Below, in pieces: positions 1 through 9,336 of a stretch of 14,145 nucleotides of DNA. Each line of letters opens with the position of its first letter. Position 1 is the stretch's first letter. Origin of the DNA: Verrucomicrobiota bacterium (lineage in GTDB: Bacteria; Verrucomicrobiota; Verrucomicrobiia; Chthoniobacterales; UBA6821). Under the pieces are notes generated by a model that saw only the letters and a program-made list of their open reading frames with translations, was not told the DNA's origin and did no database searches. The stretch lies in NCBI GenBank assembly GCA_008932965.1, contig WBXG01000043.1, positions 1-14,145 on the forward strand. The letters run 5' to 3'. The position numbers were made by a program, and so were the translations under genes.

Positions 1-82
1 CTGCCCGAGGAGCAATTCGAGACTGACGCAGTATCCATCAGGTGTTCGCAAGCCGCAGCAGAATCGGTATGAAATATGCGGG
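1..82. mobile_element. Right arm of a long-form GC-rich TIR element (MITE-like), cut by the window edge
   Basis: 78/82 nt identical to 11483-11564, the right arm of the 346-bp element. Ends in the family terminus gtatgaaatatgcggg, followed by TTAA. Confidence 0.75.
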
Positions 83-86
83 TTAA

Positions 87-118
87 CCCGCATATTTCAT
101 ACTGATCGTGACGGAAGA
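87..118. repeat. Solo left-TIR fragment of the same family, head-to-head with feature 1-82
   Basis: cccgcatatttcatactgatcgtgacggaag matches the left arms at 10093, 11219 and 8177. Homology stops after about 32 nt. With 67-82 it forms a perfect 16-bp palindrome around TTAA (83-86). Confidence 0.65.
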
Positions 119-143
119 AGTTTAATAAAGTGATATTTTTCTT

Positions 144-1043
144 ATGTTTTTTTTCAACCAATCTCACTCTTTCAAAAATTCCATGATCAATCTCATGCTG
201 CTCATGATCTGCACAACAAGTCTACTAGCCCAGGAAAGTTCTCAAACAAAGGGCACTCCTTCGATCTTATCTCTCTTGCAGGAGGCAACTAACGCAGAGG
301 AAAATAATAATAAGGAACAAGCCTTAAGAAGCTACCAAAAAATATTAACAATCAATCCTAGAAATAAAAAAGCACTCCTAGGGATAAAAAAGCTTAATAA
401 AACAATTAAAAGGTCAGATCAAGAAATTCAGGAAGAAGCTCGCACTTCTTTACTTCAAGAATTAGAAAAAACATGGGAAATCGCTAGCAGAGAAAAAAAT
501 AGTTCCTATTCCCATGAGCTATTAGAAAAAGAGACCACCCCGGTTTTTAAGAATGATGATATTAATACAAAATTAAACTCACTCATCATACCCCATGTAG
601 ATTTAGAGGATGCCACGATTGGTGAGGCCATTGATTATTTGAGGCAAAAAAGTTGCACTCTGGATCCTAATCACAGGGGAATTAATATTATTTTGACACT
701 CCCCCCTAGAGAGGGGAGTGCCGGGCTAGATCATCCTGAAACGGTTGACACTTTACCAGAGCCCCATATTTTTTTAGAGCTCCACGAAGTCCCTATCTAT
801 ACCGCTTTGGAGTATGTCGCCAAGCAGGCAGGGCTTGCTATTCACCTAGATTCCTATGCCGTAGTGCTTTTACCGGAATCAGTAGAAAAGGAGGATCTTA
901 TTACCAAAGAGTACGTAGTGACCACTCTCCTCCTCAAAAAAAAGACGAAGATAATCAAAAAGAGATCATCTCCTTTTCTGCAAGAAATTTTTTGGAGCAG
1001 GAGGGTATTACTTTTCCAGAAGGAGCGTTTGCGAGCTATTTAG
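144..1043 (+). CDS. Secretin (GspD/PilQ family), N-terminal part of a frame-interrupted gene
   Basis: Signal-peptide-like MINLMLLMICTTSLLAQ (alternative start ATG 183). TPR-like stretch ALRSYQKILTINPRNKKALLG. Secretin N-domain motif LIIPHVDLEDATIGEAIDYLRQKS...INIIL, as in PVC-type secretins. The last ~30-40 aa (from the A8 run at 936-943 at the latest; LLLKKKTKIIKKRSSPFLQEIFW...) look out of frame. Confidence 0.75.
   Translation: MFFFNQSHSFKNSMINLMLLMICTTSLLAQESSQTKGTPSILSLLQEATNAEENNNKEQALRSYQKILTINPRNKKALLGIKKLNKTIKRSDQEIQEEARTSLLQELEKTWEIASREKNSSYSHELLEKETTPVFKNDDINTKLNSLIIPHVDLEDATIGEAIDYLRQKSCTLDPNHRGINIILTLPPREGSAGLDHPETVDTLPEPHIFLELHEVPIYTALEYVAKQAGLAIHLDSYAVVLLPESVEKEDLITKEYVVTTLLLKKKTKIIKKRSSPFLQEIFWSRRVLLFQKERLRAI
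938..944 (+). other. A_AAA_AAG heptamer inside an A8 run: candidate -1 slippage or indel site joining the two secretin ORFs
   Basis: Zero-frame codons are AAA (939-941) and AAG (942-944). A -1 shift continues with GAC at 944, in the frame of ORF 992..2155. Confidence 0.3.
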
Positions 1044-2155
1044 AGGCCTCACATAAGTTAATCATCCGTAATACCAAGGAGAATATTGGCCTGATTGATA
1101 TTTTTATGTCTGCCTCTCAAAAAAACACCCTTGCTCAAGTTTCCATCGAGACAAAATTCCTTGAAGTAAGCCAAGAACAACTAGAGCATCTTGGATTCAC
1201 CTGGTTGCTTGGATCTTATGAGCTAGGTAATAGTGGCATTGATCTTAGTGGAAAAGGAGGAGCTGATATGCTGCATGCTAATGTTTCACGAATTCCAATG
1301 ACAGCAATGAATTCGTTGGGCAACCTTCACGCAGACAGTAGTGCTATCCAAGAAAATTCTATCGATACTGCCATTAATAACGAAAATGGTGAAGGAAGCA
1401 CCTCACATTCTATGACGGGTATTTTTAGTATTGCTAGGGTTTACACTGATCCTCAATTTCAAGTAATACTTCAAGCACTCCAAGAGAAAAAGGGGGTCGA
1501 CTTAATGGCAGCTCCCCATGTCACAACAAGAGATGGAGTCCAAGCTACTGTTAAAATTATCGATGAATTTATTTACCCAACAGAGTACGCTCCACCACAA
1601 ATTCCACAATCGACAACCAACAGCGGAGGAAATATCCTTCACGAATCTCCACCTACGATTGCTCCTTCATTTCCTAGTGCTTGGACAAAAAAAGATCTCG
1701 GAGTAGTTTTAGAAGCAAAACCGACCATAGGTCCTGATGGATACACGATCGATCTCGAATTACATCCTCAAATTACCGATTTTGATGGTTTTATTAACTA
1801 TGGAAGTCCTATTAATACGATCGGTTATAGTTTTTCTGCGAACAATGCTAGCGCTATTCCTTTTTCTTCGACATTAACCACAAATACAATCAATCAACCA
1901 GTCTTCACTGTTCGAGAAGTAAATACGTCAGTGACAGTATATGACGGCCAAACTGTTGTTTTAGGAGGGCTTATTCGAGAGGATATTCAAAAATTTGAAG
2001 AAAAAATCCCTTTCCTTGGAGATATTCCTTTAGCAGGAAGGCTCTTTCGATCCAAATCCAACAAAAAGATGAAGAAAAATCTCATTATTTTTGTAACTCC
2101 TAGAATCCTCAATCAAGAGGGCTCTCCCCTACTTCCTCAACATCTCAAAAAATAA
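992..2155 (+). CDS. Secretin (GspD/PilQ family), C-terminal part with the secretin pore domain
   Basis: This frame is open upstream back to at least about 870 and reads ...ARNFLEQEGITFPEGAFASYLEASHKLIIRNTKENIGLID. C-terminal secretin-domain signature VTVYDGQTVVLGGLIRED...IPFLGDIPLAGRLFRS...NLIIFVTPRIL. The TTG at 992 is only the first start codon in the track, probably not a real start. Confidence 0.85.
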   Translation: MEQEGITFPEGAFASYLEASHKLIIRNTKENIGLIDIFMSASQKNTLAQVSIETKFLEVSQEQLEHLGFTWLLGSYELGNSGIDLSGKGGADMLHANVSRIPMTAMNSLGNLHADSSAIQENSIDTAINNENGEGSTSHSMTGIFSIARVYTDPQFQVILQALQEKKGVDLMAAPHVTTRDGVQATVKIIDEFIYPTEYAPPQIPQSTTNSGGNILHESPPTIAPSFPSAWTKKDLGVVLEAKPTIGPDGYTIDLELHPQITDFDGFINYGSPINTIGYSFSANNASAIPFSSTLTTNTINQPVFTVREVNTSVTVYDGQTVVLGGLIREDIQKFEEKIPFLGDIPLAGRLFRSKSNKKMKKNLIIFVTPRILNQEGSPLLPQHLKK

Positions 2156-2171
2156 AAGAGAAGATCATTCT

Positions 2172-2792
2172 ATGCCAAGTATTGCAATCACAGGTGGTAT
2201 CGCCACTGGGAAATCCATAGCAACTCAATTCTTATCAAAGAAACTGAAGACGATTGCCTTTGATGCTGATCAAGAGGTTTCTCATCTTCTTGATCATGAT
2301 CCAGGGGTCATTGAGGAGATCATTTCAAAGTTTGGTCCTACAATTTATGATGGCCAAAAAAAAGCAAATCGAGTAATTTTAAGAGCCCTTCTCATAGAAC
2401 ATCCTGAGAGCAAAAAAAAACTAGAAGAAATCCTCTATCCACGCTTAAGAGCCCAATGGACACCGCTTGCTCTAAAGGCCAAGGGAAAAACGCAACCTCT
2501 CTTTCTCGCTGAAATCCCCCTACTCTACGAAAATAATCTCATTGATTATTTTGATGAGGTTATCGTTGTGGCAGCTTCTGAACAAACTGCTCTACAGCGC
2601 CTCAGCAGTCATAAAGGCCTTTCTACTGCAAACGCATTGGCTTTAATTCAACTTCAATCACCTCTCATAGAAAAAATAAAGCGTGCTCCTAGAGTGCTCT
2701 GGAATGACGGCAGCATCACGATATTAGAGGAACAATTGAATTTACTTTTCTTCACAATTTTACAACGACAACATCTCTTACTCCCATCATGA
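2172..2792 (+). CDS. coaE: Dephospho-CoA kinase
   Basis: N-terminal P-loop IAITGGIATGKS, about 200 aa, CoaE-like layout. The stop overlaps the rho start (ATGA at 2789-2792). Confidence 0.85.
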   Translation: MPSIAITGGIATGKSIATQFLSKKLKTIAFDADQEVSHLLDHDPGVIEEIISKFGPTIYDGQKKANRVILRALLIEHPESKKKLEEILYPRLRAQWTPLALKAKGKTQPLFLAEIPLLYENNLIDYFDEVIVVAASEQTALQRLSSHKGLSTANALALIQLQSPLIEKIKRAPRVLWNDGSITILEEQLNLLFFTILQRQHLLLPS

Positions 2793-4288
2793 CATCATCA
2801 GAAAATTTTCCAGACCAGTGTGTCGAAAATAAGGAGTCTTTCAATATCGTTACGGAGACTCATGGCTACGACTTTAGAGAAAGGGAGGACCAGCATCACG
2901 TTGAAGAGCCTGCTCTCATTGGAAAAAGCACCAATCAGTTAGAAGCTGACAATCAAGAGTCTAAAAAAGGAGAGGAGGTAGTTGAGGATTCTATCACAAC
3001 ATCTGCTCAGCCCTCAGCAGCTCCCCTCGACGTCGAAAATAGGCTCTCCCTTAATGACCTGCAGTCCCTCTCCTATCATGAGCTACTAAAGCGAAGTCAG
3101 TCGCTCAATCTTTTTTCACGAGATAACTCTCTTCATGGACTTATTTTAAGCCAAGCACGCCATCAAATCCTTTCTGGAGGTCCCTTACACGCAGAAGGAA
3201 TTTTAGAATTTTCTCCTGATCAGCCCCTACTGAGATGGCCAGCTTTTAACTTTGCCCCTTGCCCTGAGGATCTCCTTGTTCCAGTTGCTCTGCTAAAAAA
3301 ATATCAACTTCGAGCCGGACTCCGTATCGCTGGTATCATACGTGTTTTTAATCAACGCCGCTTGGTTCTTCATGAGATTACTAGTATTGAGGGAATTCCT
3401 GCAGACGATTGGAAAAGCCCTAAGGAATTCGATCAACTCACTGCAACATTCCCCAATAAACGTATTCTCCTCGAGCAATCTGGAGATATCAATCTTACGG
3501 GACGTGCTATCGATCTTGTGGCTCCCCTTGGCATGGGACAACGTGGTCTTATTATTGCTCCCCCTCGTACAGGAAAAACAACTGTTCTCAAAAATATCGC
3601 TTTGGCTATTCGAGCCAATCACCCCAATATTCACCTTATTGTTTTACTGGTCGATGAGCGTCCTGAGGAGGTGACCGATCTGAGGCGATCGCTGGATTGT
3701 GATATTGTTAGTTCTACATTTGATGAACCAACAGAACGCCATGTACAAGTTTCCGAGATGGTTTCAGAACGCTCCAAGCGCCTCGTGGAGCTTGGTCAAG
3801 ATGTGGTCATTCTCATAGATAGCATTACCCGTCTTGCTCGTGGTTACAACAATGCTATCACTGGCAAAGGGCGCACCATGAGTGGTGGTGTTGATAGCAA
3901 GGCTCTCGCGCGACCCAAACGTTTTTTTGGTTCTGCAAGAAATGTTGAAGAGGGAGGTAGCCTCACCATTTTAGCTACAGCACTTATAGAAACTCAAAGT
4001 AGGATGGACGACCTTATTTTTGAAGAATTTAAAGGAACCGGCAATATGGAGATCATGCTCGATCGCTCAATTGCAGAACAACGTATTTTTCCTGCAATTC
4101 ATTTGGTCAAGTCGGCAACACGTCGCGAAGAACTTTTATACCACCCTGATGAGCTTCATCGTATCGTTGCATTGCGTTCATCACTCCTAGAGCTTCCAGC
4201 AGTAGAGGGAATACAACTGCTTCTTCAAAACATTGATGTTACGAGTTCTAATACAGAGTTGCTTCTCACAGGCCTAAGAGGAATCTAG
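2789..4288 (+). CDS. rho: Transcription termination factor Rho with an ~85-aa acidic N-terminal extension
   Basis: Walker [11 protein letters not shown], Walker [46 protein letters not shown], and a C-terminal S(A/G)TRREELL-type motif. 499 aa versus about 420 canonical. Confidence 0.95.
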   Translation: MTSSENFPDQCVENKESFNIVTETHGYDFREREDQHHVEEPALIGKSTNQLEADNQESKKGEEVVEDSITTSAQPSAAPLDVENRLSLNDLQSLSYHELLKRSQSLNLFSRDNSLHGLILSQARHQILSGGPLHAEGILEFSPDQPLLRWPAFNFAPCPEDLLVPVALLKKYQLRAGLRIAGIIRVFNQRRLVLHEITSIEGIPADDWKSPKEFDQLTATFPNKRILLEQSGDINLTGRAIDLVAPLGMGQRGLIIAPPRTGKTTVLKNIALAIRANHPNIHLIVLLVDERPEEVTDLRRSLDCDIVSSTFDEPTERHVQVSEMVSERSKRLVELGQDVVILIDSITRLARGYNNAITGKGRTMSGGVDSKALARPKRFFGSARNVEEGGSLTILATALIETQSRMDDLIFEEFKGTGNMEIMLDRSIAEQRIFPAIHLVKSATRREELLYHPDELHRIVALRSSLLELPAVEGIQLLLQNIDVTSSNTELLLTGLRGI

Positions 4289-4303
4289 CCCGCATATATT
4301 AAT

Positions 4304-4669
4304 TTAGCTCACTATCAAATGAGGCAAAAAAATAAGCGCCCCTACAATTACTGCTCCGAGTGCCACAAAGAGAACACCCCCTGCAGCTACATCCTTAGCG
4401 CGTCCCAGGCGCTCTCTTTTTTCCTCACTGATTTCATCAGCTAGCAATTCCACTGCTGTATTGAGTGCCTCTGCCATCCAAACAGTGGTGGTGGCTAACA
4501 CAATAATACTCCACTCGATCTTACTGAGGTGGCAAAAAAAACCTAATATCGTGACGAGAATCGTTACTACAAGATAAATAACAGGATTGCGTTCGGTTTT
4601 AATGAGAAAAAGAATTCCTTCAAAGGCATAGAGGAAGTTAATAAAACTCAGTAGTTTTTTATGTTTCAT
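4304..4669 (-). CDS. dgkA: Diacylglycerol/undecaprenol kinase (DagK family)
   Basis: 121 aa with three TM helices. Motifs MAEALNTAVELLADEIS and GRAKDVAAGGVL are typical of prokaryotic DAGK. Confidence 0.85.
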   Translation of the reverse strand: MKHKKLLSFINFLYAFEGILFLIKTERNPVIYLVVTILVTILGFFCHLSKIEWSIIVLATTTVWMAEALNTAVELLADEISEEKRERLGRAKDVAAGGVLFVALGAVIVGALIFLPHLIVS

Positions 4670-4743
4670 TATTTAGGGGATTTTTTAGTGTCGTTCGAAT
4701 AGAAAGAGCAATAGTATACCCTCATCGAAGTCGCACACTCAAC

Positions 4744-5259
4744 TTGATTCACTCTATGTCACAAAAACCACTCTCCGTCGGTCAGGAAGCTCCTCATTTC
4801 ACGCTTTCATCCAAAACAGCTGAAGGCCCCAAGCTCTTCACTCTCCGTGAATCCTACCAACAGCAACCGACTCTTTTGCTTTTTTTTCCGATGGCTTTTA
4901 CAGGAGTATGCACTGAGGAGATCTGTGCTGTATCACAGGATCTCAATACCTATGCAGATCTCAATGCTACGGTTTTTGGAATCAGTGGGGACAATCCCTT
5001 TGCCCAAGAGGCCTGGGCTATTAAAGAAAATATCAAACTGACCCTGCTCAGCGATTATGACCATCAGGTGGCCTTGAGTTATGGTGTCGCCTATGAGAGC
5101 TTCCTTCCGGAGCATCAGCTAGGAATGGCAGGAGTGGCGAAACGCTCCGCCTTTGTCATTGATCGTTCCGGCATCATCCAATATGTAGAATCATACGATG
5201 ATCCCAAAAAACTTCCACATTTTGACAAGATTAAGGCCACGCTCTCTTCATTAAAATAA
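4744..5259 (+). CDS. Peroxiredoxin, AhpC/TSA family (AhpE/Bcp-like)
   Basis: Active-site block [15 protein letters not shown]. The track start is TTG 4744. ATG 4756 ([13 protein letters not shown]) is the more likely start. Confidence 0.85.
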   Translation: MIHSMSQKPLSVGQEAPHFTLSSKTAEGPKLFTLRESYQQQPTLLLFFPMAFTGVCTEEICAVSQDLNTYADLNATVFGISGDNPFAQEAWAIKENIKLTLLSDYDHQVALSYGVAYESFLPEHQLGMAGVAKRSAFVIDRSGIIQYVESYDDPKKLPHFDKIKATLSSLK

Positions 5260-5269
5260 TCTTCTCCAT

Positions 5270-8098
5270 ATGGATCCCTTTCACGCTCTCTCAAGCTTTG
5301 AAATAAGCTCTAAGAAGAAAGGGTTCTTCTACTCACTACCAGAACTTGAAAGCCAAGGGATTGGAAACATCTCACGCCTCCCATTTAGTATACGTGTTGT
5401 TTTAGAGTCGGTGTTAAGAAATTGTGATGGGATAAAAATCACTCCAAAAGATGTGAAGCGTCTCGCTCAATGGAACGCTAAAGAACCGATCCAGGAGGAG
5501 ATCCCATTTGTAGTTGCACGCATTCTCCTTCAAGATTTCACAGGCGTTCCTCTCCTTGTCGATTTAGCTGCCATGCGCAGTGCTGTGGAATCTCTAGGAA
5601 AAAATCCTGCGATTGTTGAGCCCTTAGTTCCAGTCGATCTTGTCGTTGACCATTCAGTACAGGTCGATTACTACGGTCGCTCTGATGCTCTCGGATTGAA
5701 TTTAGAAATGGAATTTCAGCGTAATCACGAACGCTATGAGTTTTTAAAATGGGGACAAGAGGCTTTCAAAACCTTTGGGATTGTCCCTCCTGGAATAGGC
5801 ATTGTGCATCAGGTAAATCTAGAACATTTGGCAAAAGGAGTTCTCCATAAGGAGATCTCACAAGGGGAGCTCTATTACCCTGATAGCCTTGTTGGAACTG
5901 ATTCACACACCACTATGATCAATGGATTGGGGATTGTAGGATGGGGAGTAGGTGGGATTGAGGCTGAGGCAGGGATGCTTGGTCAACCGGTCTATTTTCT
6001 GACTCCCGAGGTGGTCGGTGTGCAACTCACAGGAGAGCTTCGAGAAGGTGTCACGGCTACCGATCTAGCACTCCACATCACTCAAATGCTTCGCAATGCT
6101 AAAGTGGTGAATAAATTTGTAGAATTCTATGGCGATGGAGCTGCCAAGCTCACCCTGCCAGATCGGGCGACTATTGCCAATATGGCTCCAGAGTATGGAG
6201 CCACCATGGGATTATTCCCAGTCGATGAGGAATCTATTGCTTACATGGAGGCAACGGGTCGTAGCGAGGAGGAATGCTCCGCTTTTAAAAATTATTTTCA
6301 AGCCCAGGGTCTCTTTGGAATGCCACAAGGAGGTCAGATTGATTATAGTGTCGATCTAACTCTTGATTTAAGCAGTGTGCAGCCGAGTGTTGCTGGTCCC
6401 AAGCGCCCTCAAGACCTCATTCCCTTAGCTTCCCTTAAATCGACTTTTGAAAATTTATTGGAGAAAGAGAGTACTGAAGGTGGCTATGGCAAAACCAAGA
6501 ATCAGCCACATCATATAATCCAGATTTTCTCTCAAAAATCTTTTCTCCCAAAGAGTGAGCAAGAAATGATTGAGGATCGTCCGACCCCTGATCCTATCGA
6601 TGAAATGCCAGAATCTCCATTTCATCGAAATGACACTCGAATTGGACATGGAAGTCTTCTTATTGCTGCCATTACGAGCTGTACCAATACGAGCAATCCT
6701 TCGGTCATGATAGCAGCAGGACTACTGGCTAAAAAAGCTGTTGAGTACGGTCTTTCAATAAGCCCAATGGTTAAAACCTCTCTGGCACCCGGTTCCAGAG
6801 TCGTTACCGACTACCTTGAAAAGACTGGCCTTCAAAAATACCTCGACCAACTCGGATTCCAAACTGTTGGTTATGGGTGCACTACCTGCATTGGCAATTC
6901 TGGCCCCCTTGATCCTGAAATAGAAAAAGTTATTCAAGAACATGATCTCATTACGGCAGCGGCCCTCTCAGGAAATCGTAATTTTGAGGCGCGCATTCAT
7001 CCTTCGATCAAAGCCAATTTTTTAATGTCTCCACCGCTTGTGGTCGCTTTTGCACTTGCAGGACGTGTGAATATCGATTTTGAAAAAGAACCACTTGGCT
7101 TTGGAACTCTCAAAGGGGAGAAAGCCCCCGTGTTTCTTCGAGACCTCTGGCCCCAACTCTCAGAAATTAAGAGCCTCTGGCACCAGGCTCTCTCACCTGA
7201 TGTCTTTAAAAAACGGTACACTCATTTTGCTGCACAAAATCCTAAATGGAATGAAATCCCCTCCCCTACTGGAAAAACCTACGCATGGAAAAAAGAAAGC
7301 ACCTACATTCAAGAACCTCCATTTTTTGAAAAATTTGCCGTATCACCCGGACTCCTTGGTAGCATCAGAGGGGCACGTGTTCTGGCCATTTTTGGTGACT
7401 CCGTCACTACCGATCATATTTCTCCAGCAGGAGCGATTAAGAAACAATCACCTGCAGGTGCTTACCTCCTGGAGCAAGGAGTCCCACAAGAAGATTTTAA
7501 TAGTTATGGAAGTCGTCGTGGTAACGATCGTGTGATGACACGGGGGACATTTGCTAATGTTCGTATAAAAAATCTCATGCTTCCTGGAGTCGAGGGAGGA
7601 GAGACCCTCCATCAACCCGATGGGGCACACCTTAGTATCTTTGATGCTGCCAAACGTTACTCCGCAGAAAAAACACCCCTCATCATCCTTGCAGGGCATG
7701 AATATGGAACCGGAAGCAGTCGTGATTGGGCAGCCAAAGGGACACAACTCCTTGGTGTACGGGCTGTCATAGCATGTAGCTTTGAACGGATTCATCGCTC
7801 CAACCTTGTTGGCATGGGAATTCTTCCATTGCAATTCATGGAAGGAACGAATGCCACAACGCTCCAACTCGAGGGAACTGAAATATATGATTTGCTTGGA
7901 CTCACAGAAAAAATAGAACCACGTCAAAAACTCCTTCTTCGAGTAACAAAAAAAAATGGGGAAGTATTTGAGGTCCCTCTCCTTCTTCGCATTGATACAC
8001 CTATTGAAATCGAATACTACCGTCATGGTGGTATCCTCCCATTTATTTTAAGAGAGTTACTCAAGGCAGAAGATAAAAATGTAAAAATGGTAGCATGA
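5270..8098 (+). CDS. acnA: Aconitate hydratase A (AcnA/IRP type)
   Basis: 942 aa. Motifs [44 protein letters not shown] and a C-terminal swivel domain with DWAAKG. Confidence 0.95.
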   Translation: MDPFHALSSFEISSKKKGFFYSLPELESQGIGNISRLPFSIRVVLESVLRNCDGIKITPKDVKRLAQWNAKEPIQEEIPFVVARILLQDFTGVPLLVDLAAMRSAVESLGKNPAIVEPLVPVDLVVDHSVQVDYYGRSDALGLNLEMEFQRNHERYEFLKWGQEAFKTFGIVPPGIGIVHQVNLEHLAKGVLHKEISQGELYYPDSLVGTDSHTTMINGLGIVGWGVGGIEAEAGMLGQPVYFLTPEVVGVQLTGELREGVTATDLALHITQMLRNAKVVNKFVEFYGDGAAKLTLPDRATIANMAPEYGATMGLFPVDEESIAYMEATGRSEEECSAFKNYFQAQGLFGMPQGGQIDYSVDLTLDLSSVQPSVAGPKRPQDLIPLASLKSTFENLLEKESTEGGYGKTKNQPHHIIQIFSQKSFLPKSEQEMIEDRPTPDPIDEMPESPFHRNDTRIGHGSLLIAAITSCTNTSNPSVMIAAGLLAKKAVEYGLSISPMVKTSLAPGSRVVTDYLEKTGLQKYLDQLGFQTVGYGCTTCIGNSGPLDPEIEKVIQEHDLITAAALSGNRNFEARIHPSIKANFLMSPPLVVAFALAGRVNIDFEKEPLGFGTLKGEKAPVFLRDLWPQLSEIKSLWHQALSPDVFKKRYTHFAAQNPKWNEIPSPTGKTYAWKKESTYIQEPPFFEKFAVSPGLLGSIRGARVLAIFGDSVTTDHISPAGAIKKQSPAGAYLLEQGVPQEDFNSYGSRRGNDRVMTRGTFANVRIKNLMLPGVEGGETLHQPDGAHLSIFDAAKRYSAEKTPLIILAGHEYGTGSSRDWAAKGTQLLGVRAVIACSFERIHRSNLVGMGILPLQFMEGTNATTLQLEGTEIYDLLGLTEKIEPRQKLLLRVTKKNGEVFEVPLLLRIDTPIEIEYYRHGGILPFILRELLKAEDKNVKMVA

Positions 8099-8176
8099 AG
8101 GGGCTTACGCTCTTTTTAATTTTTACAATTTCTTACTTGCTCGTTGACGATTGATCCATGGAAGGCTTTATTTTAA

Positions 8177-8278
8177 CTTGGATATTTCATACTGATCGTA
8201 ATGAGAAGGCCGCGAAGCCAGATAGAAAGAGCATTTGACTAGGTAGTCCCTTGCCACACATCATATGAAATACTTGGG
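8177..8278. mobile_element. Internally deleted (~102 bp) copy of the TIR element in the acnA-nadA spacer
   Basis: The left arm cttggatatttcatactgatcgtaatgagaaggccgcgaagccagat aligns with 10093-10140. The right TIR catcatatgaaatacttggg (8259-8278) is its imperfect reverse complement. Preceded by TTAA (8173-8176). Confidence 0.65.
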
Positions 8279-9258
8279 TGAACACAGGATCACTCTCACC
8301 ACCTTTTATCACTCCACCTCCACCTCCATCTCGTGTGAATCTTTTTTCTGAAATAGAGCGCCTCAAAAAAGAGCGTCATGCCATCATCCTAGCCCACAAT
8401 TATCAGCTGGCTGAAATTCAAGAAGTTGCCGACTACGTTGGAGACTCACTCGGGCTGAGTATTGAGGCAGCCAAGACAAATGCAGAGGTCATTGCTTTTT
8501 GTGGAGTGCACTTCATGGGAGAGACAGCAAAAATTATTAACCCCTCTAAAACGGTTATTATTCCAGATCTTGAGGCAGGTTGCTCTCTTGCTGACTCCTG
8601 TTCGGCAGCGGATCTTGAAGCTTATCTCAATAAACACCGTGATAAAAATTATTATGTGGTTTCCTATATCAACTGTAGCGCGGCAGTAAAGGCCCTCTCA
8701 GATGTGATCTGTACTAGTGGCAATGCTGTGAAGATTGTTTCCCATGTTCCCAAGGATCGTAATATTCTCTTTGTTCCCGATCAAAATTTAGGTGCCTGGG
8801 TTATCGAGCAGACCGGTCGAACCATGGAACTCTGGAAAGGAAACTGTCATGTTCATATTGAATTTACCCGTGATAGCATTGAGCGGGCTCGTAAGGATCA
8901 TCCCGATGCATCCATTGTTGCTCATCCTGAATGTTCCTATGCAGTACGACTCCTTGCTCATGAAGTCTGCTCCACAGAAAAAATGATTTCTTATTGTAAG
9001 AATTCTCCTTCAAAAGCTTTTGTTATCGTTACTGAAGAGGGAATGCTCCATCGTCTTCGTCGTGAAATCCCTGATAAAACCTTCATTCCAGGACCCACAG
9101 CACATTGTGCCTGCGCAGAATGTCACTTCATGAAAAAAAATACCCTCGAAAAGCTTTATCGTGCATTACGTGACTTGAAACCAGAAATTCTCTTACCCGA
9201 AGAGCTTAGGGCAGCTGCCGAAGTCCCCCTTAGGAGGATGCTTGAGTGGAGTAAATAA
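8278..9258 (+). CDS. nadA: Quinolinate synthase A
   Basis: [30 protein letters not shown] and three-domain NadA motifs. The track start GTG 8278 lies in the element TIR. GTG 8335 (giving [24 protein letters not shown]) fits canonical ~300-aa NadA N-termini better. Confidence 0.9.
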   Translation: [326 protein letters not shown]

Positions 9259-9264
9259 ATTTTC

Positions 9265-9336
9265 GTCCCCGTAGTTCAACGGATAGAATAGAGGTTTCCT
9301 AAACCTTAGATGTGGGTTCGATTCCCGCCGGGGACA
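9265..9336 (+). tRNA. tRNA-Arg, anticodon CCT (reads AGG)
   Basis: Hand-folded cloverleaf. Acceptor GTCCCCG/CGGGGAC, D arm GTTC-AACGGATA-GAAT, anticodon arm GAGGT-TTCCTAA-ACCTT, T arm GTGGG-TTCGATT-CCCGC, discriminator A. CCA is not encoded. Confidence 0.9.

Noticed and set aside
4670-4755. Divergent dgkA/peroxiredoxin promoter region (e.g. ttcgaa ... tagtat)
   Set aside because: The hexamer matches are weak and their spacing is ambiguous. This is the one sizeable spacer without an element copy. Nothing there can be supported beyond it being a generic AT-rich promoter region.
7080-8026. Alternative-frame ORF 7080..7535 (+) and antisense ORF 7448..8026 (-, 192 aa) within acnA
   Set aside because: They are fully embedded in a strongly supported aconitase reading frame and have Cys/Phe/Lys-rich, low-information translations. 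These are typical shadow ORFs. The same applies to 3293..3674 within rho, 8446..8986 within nadA and 13101..13523 (-).
8099-8125. Rho-independent terminator after acnA (T-run gctcttttt), and likewise after rho and resB
   Set aside because: No convincing GC-rich stem precedes the T-runs, so they are not called.
8099-8277. NAD+ riboswitch (nadA motif) or another leader upstream of nadA
   Set aside because: I could not find the tandem bulged-stem pattern with the C-rich conserved core that I associate with the nadA motif. Most of the spacer is explained by the element copy. Only a cmsearch could exclude it formally.
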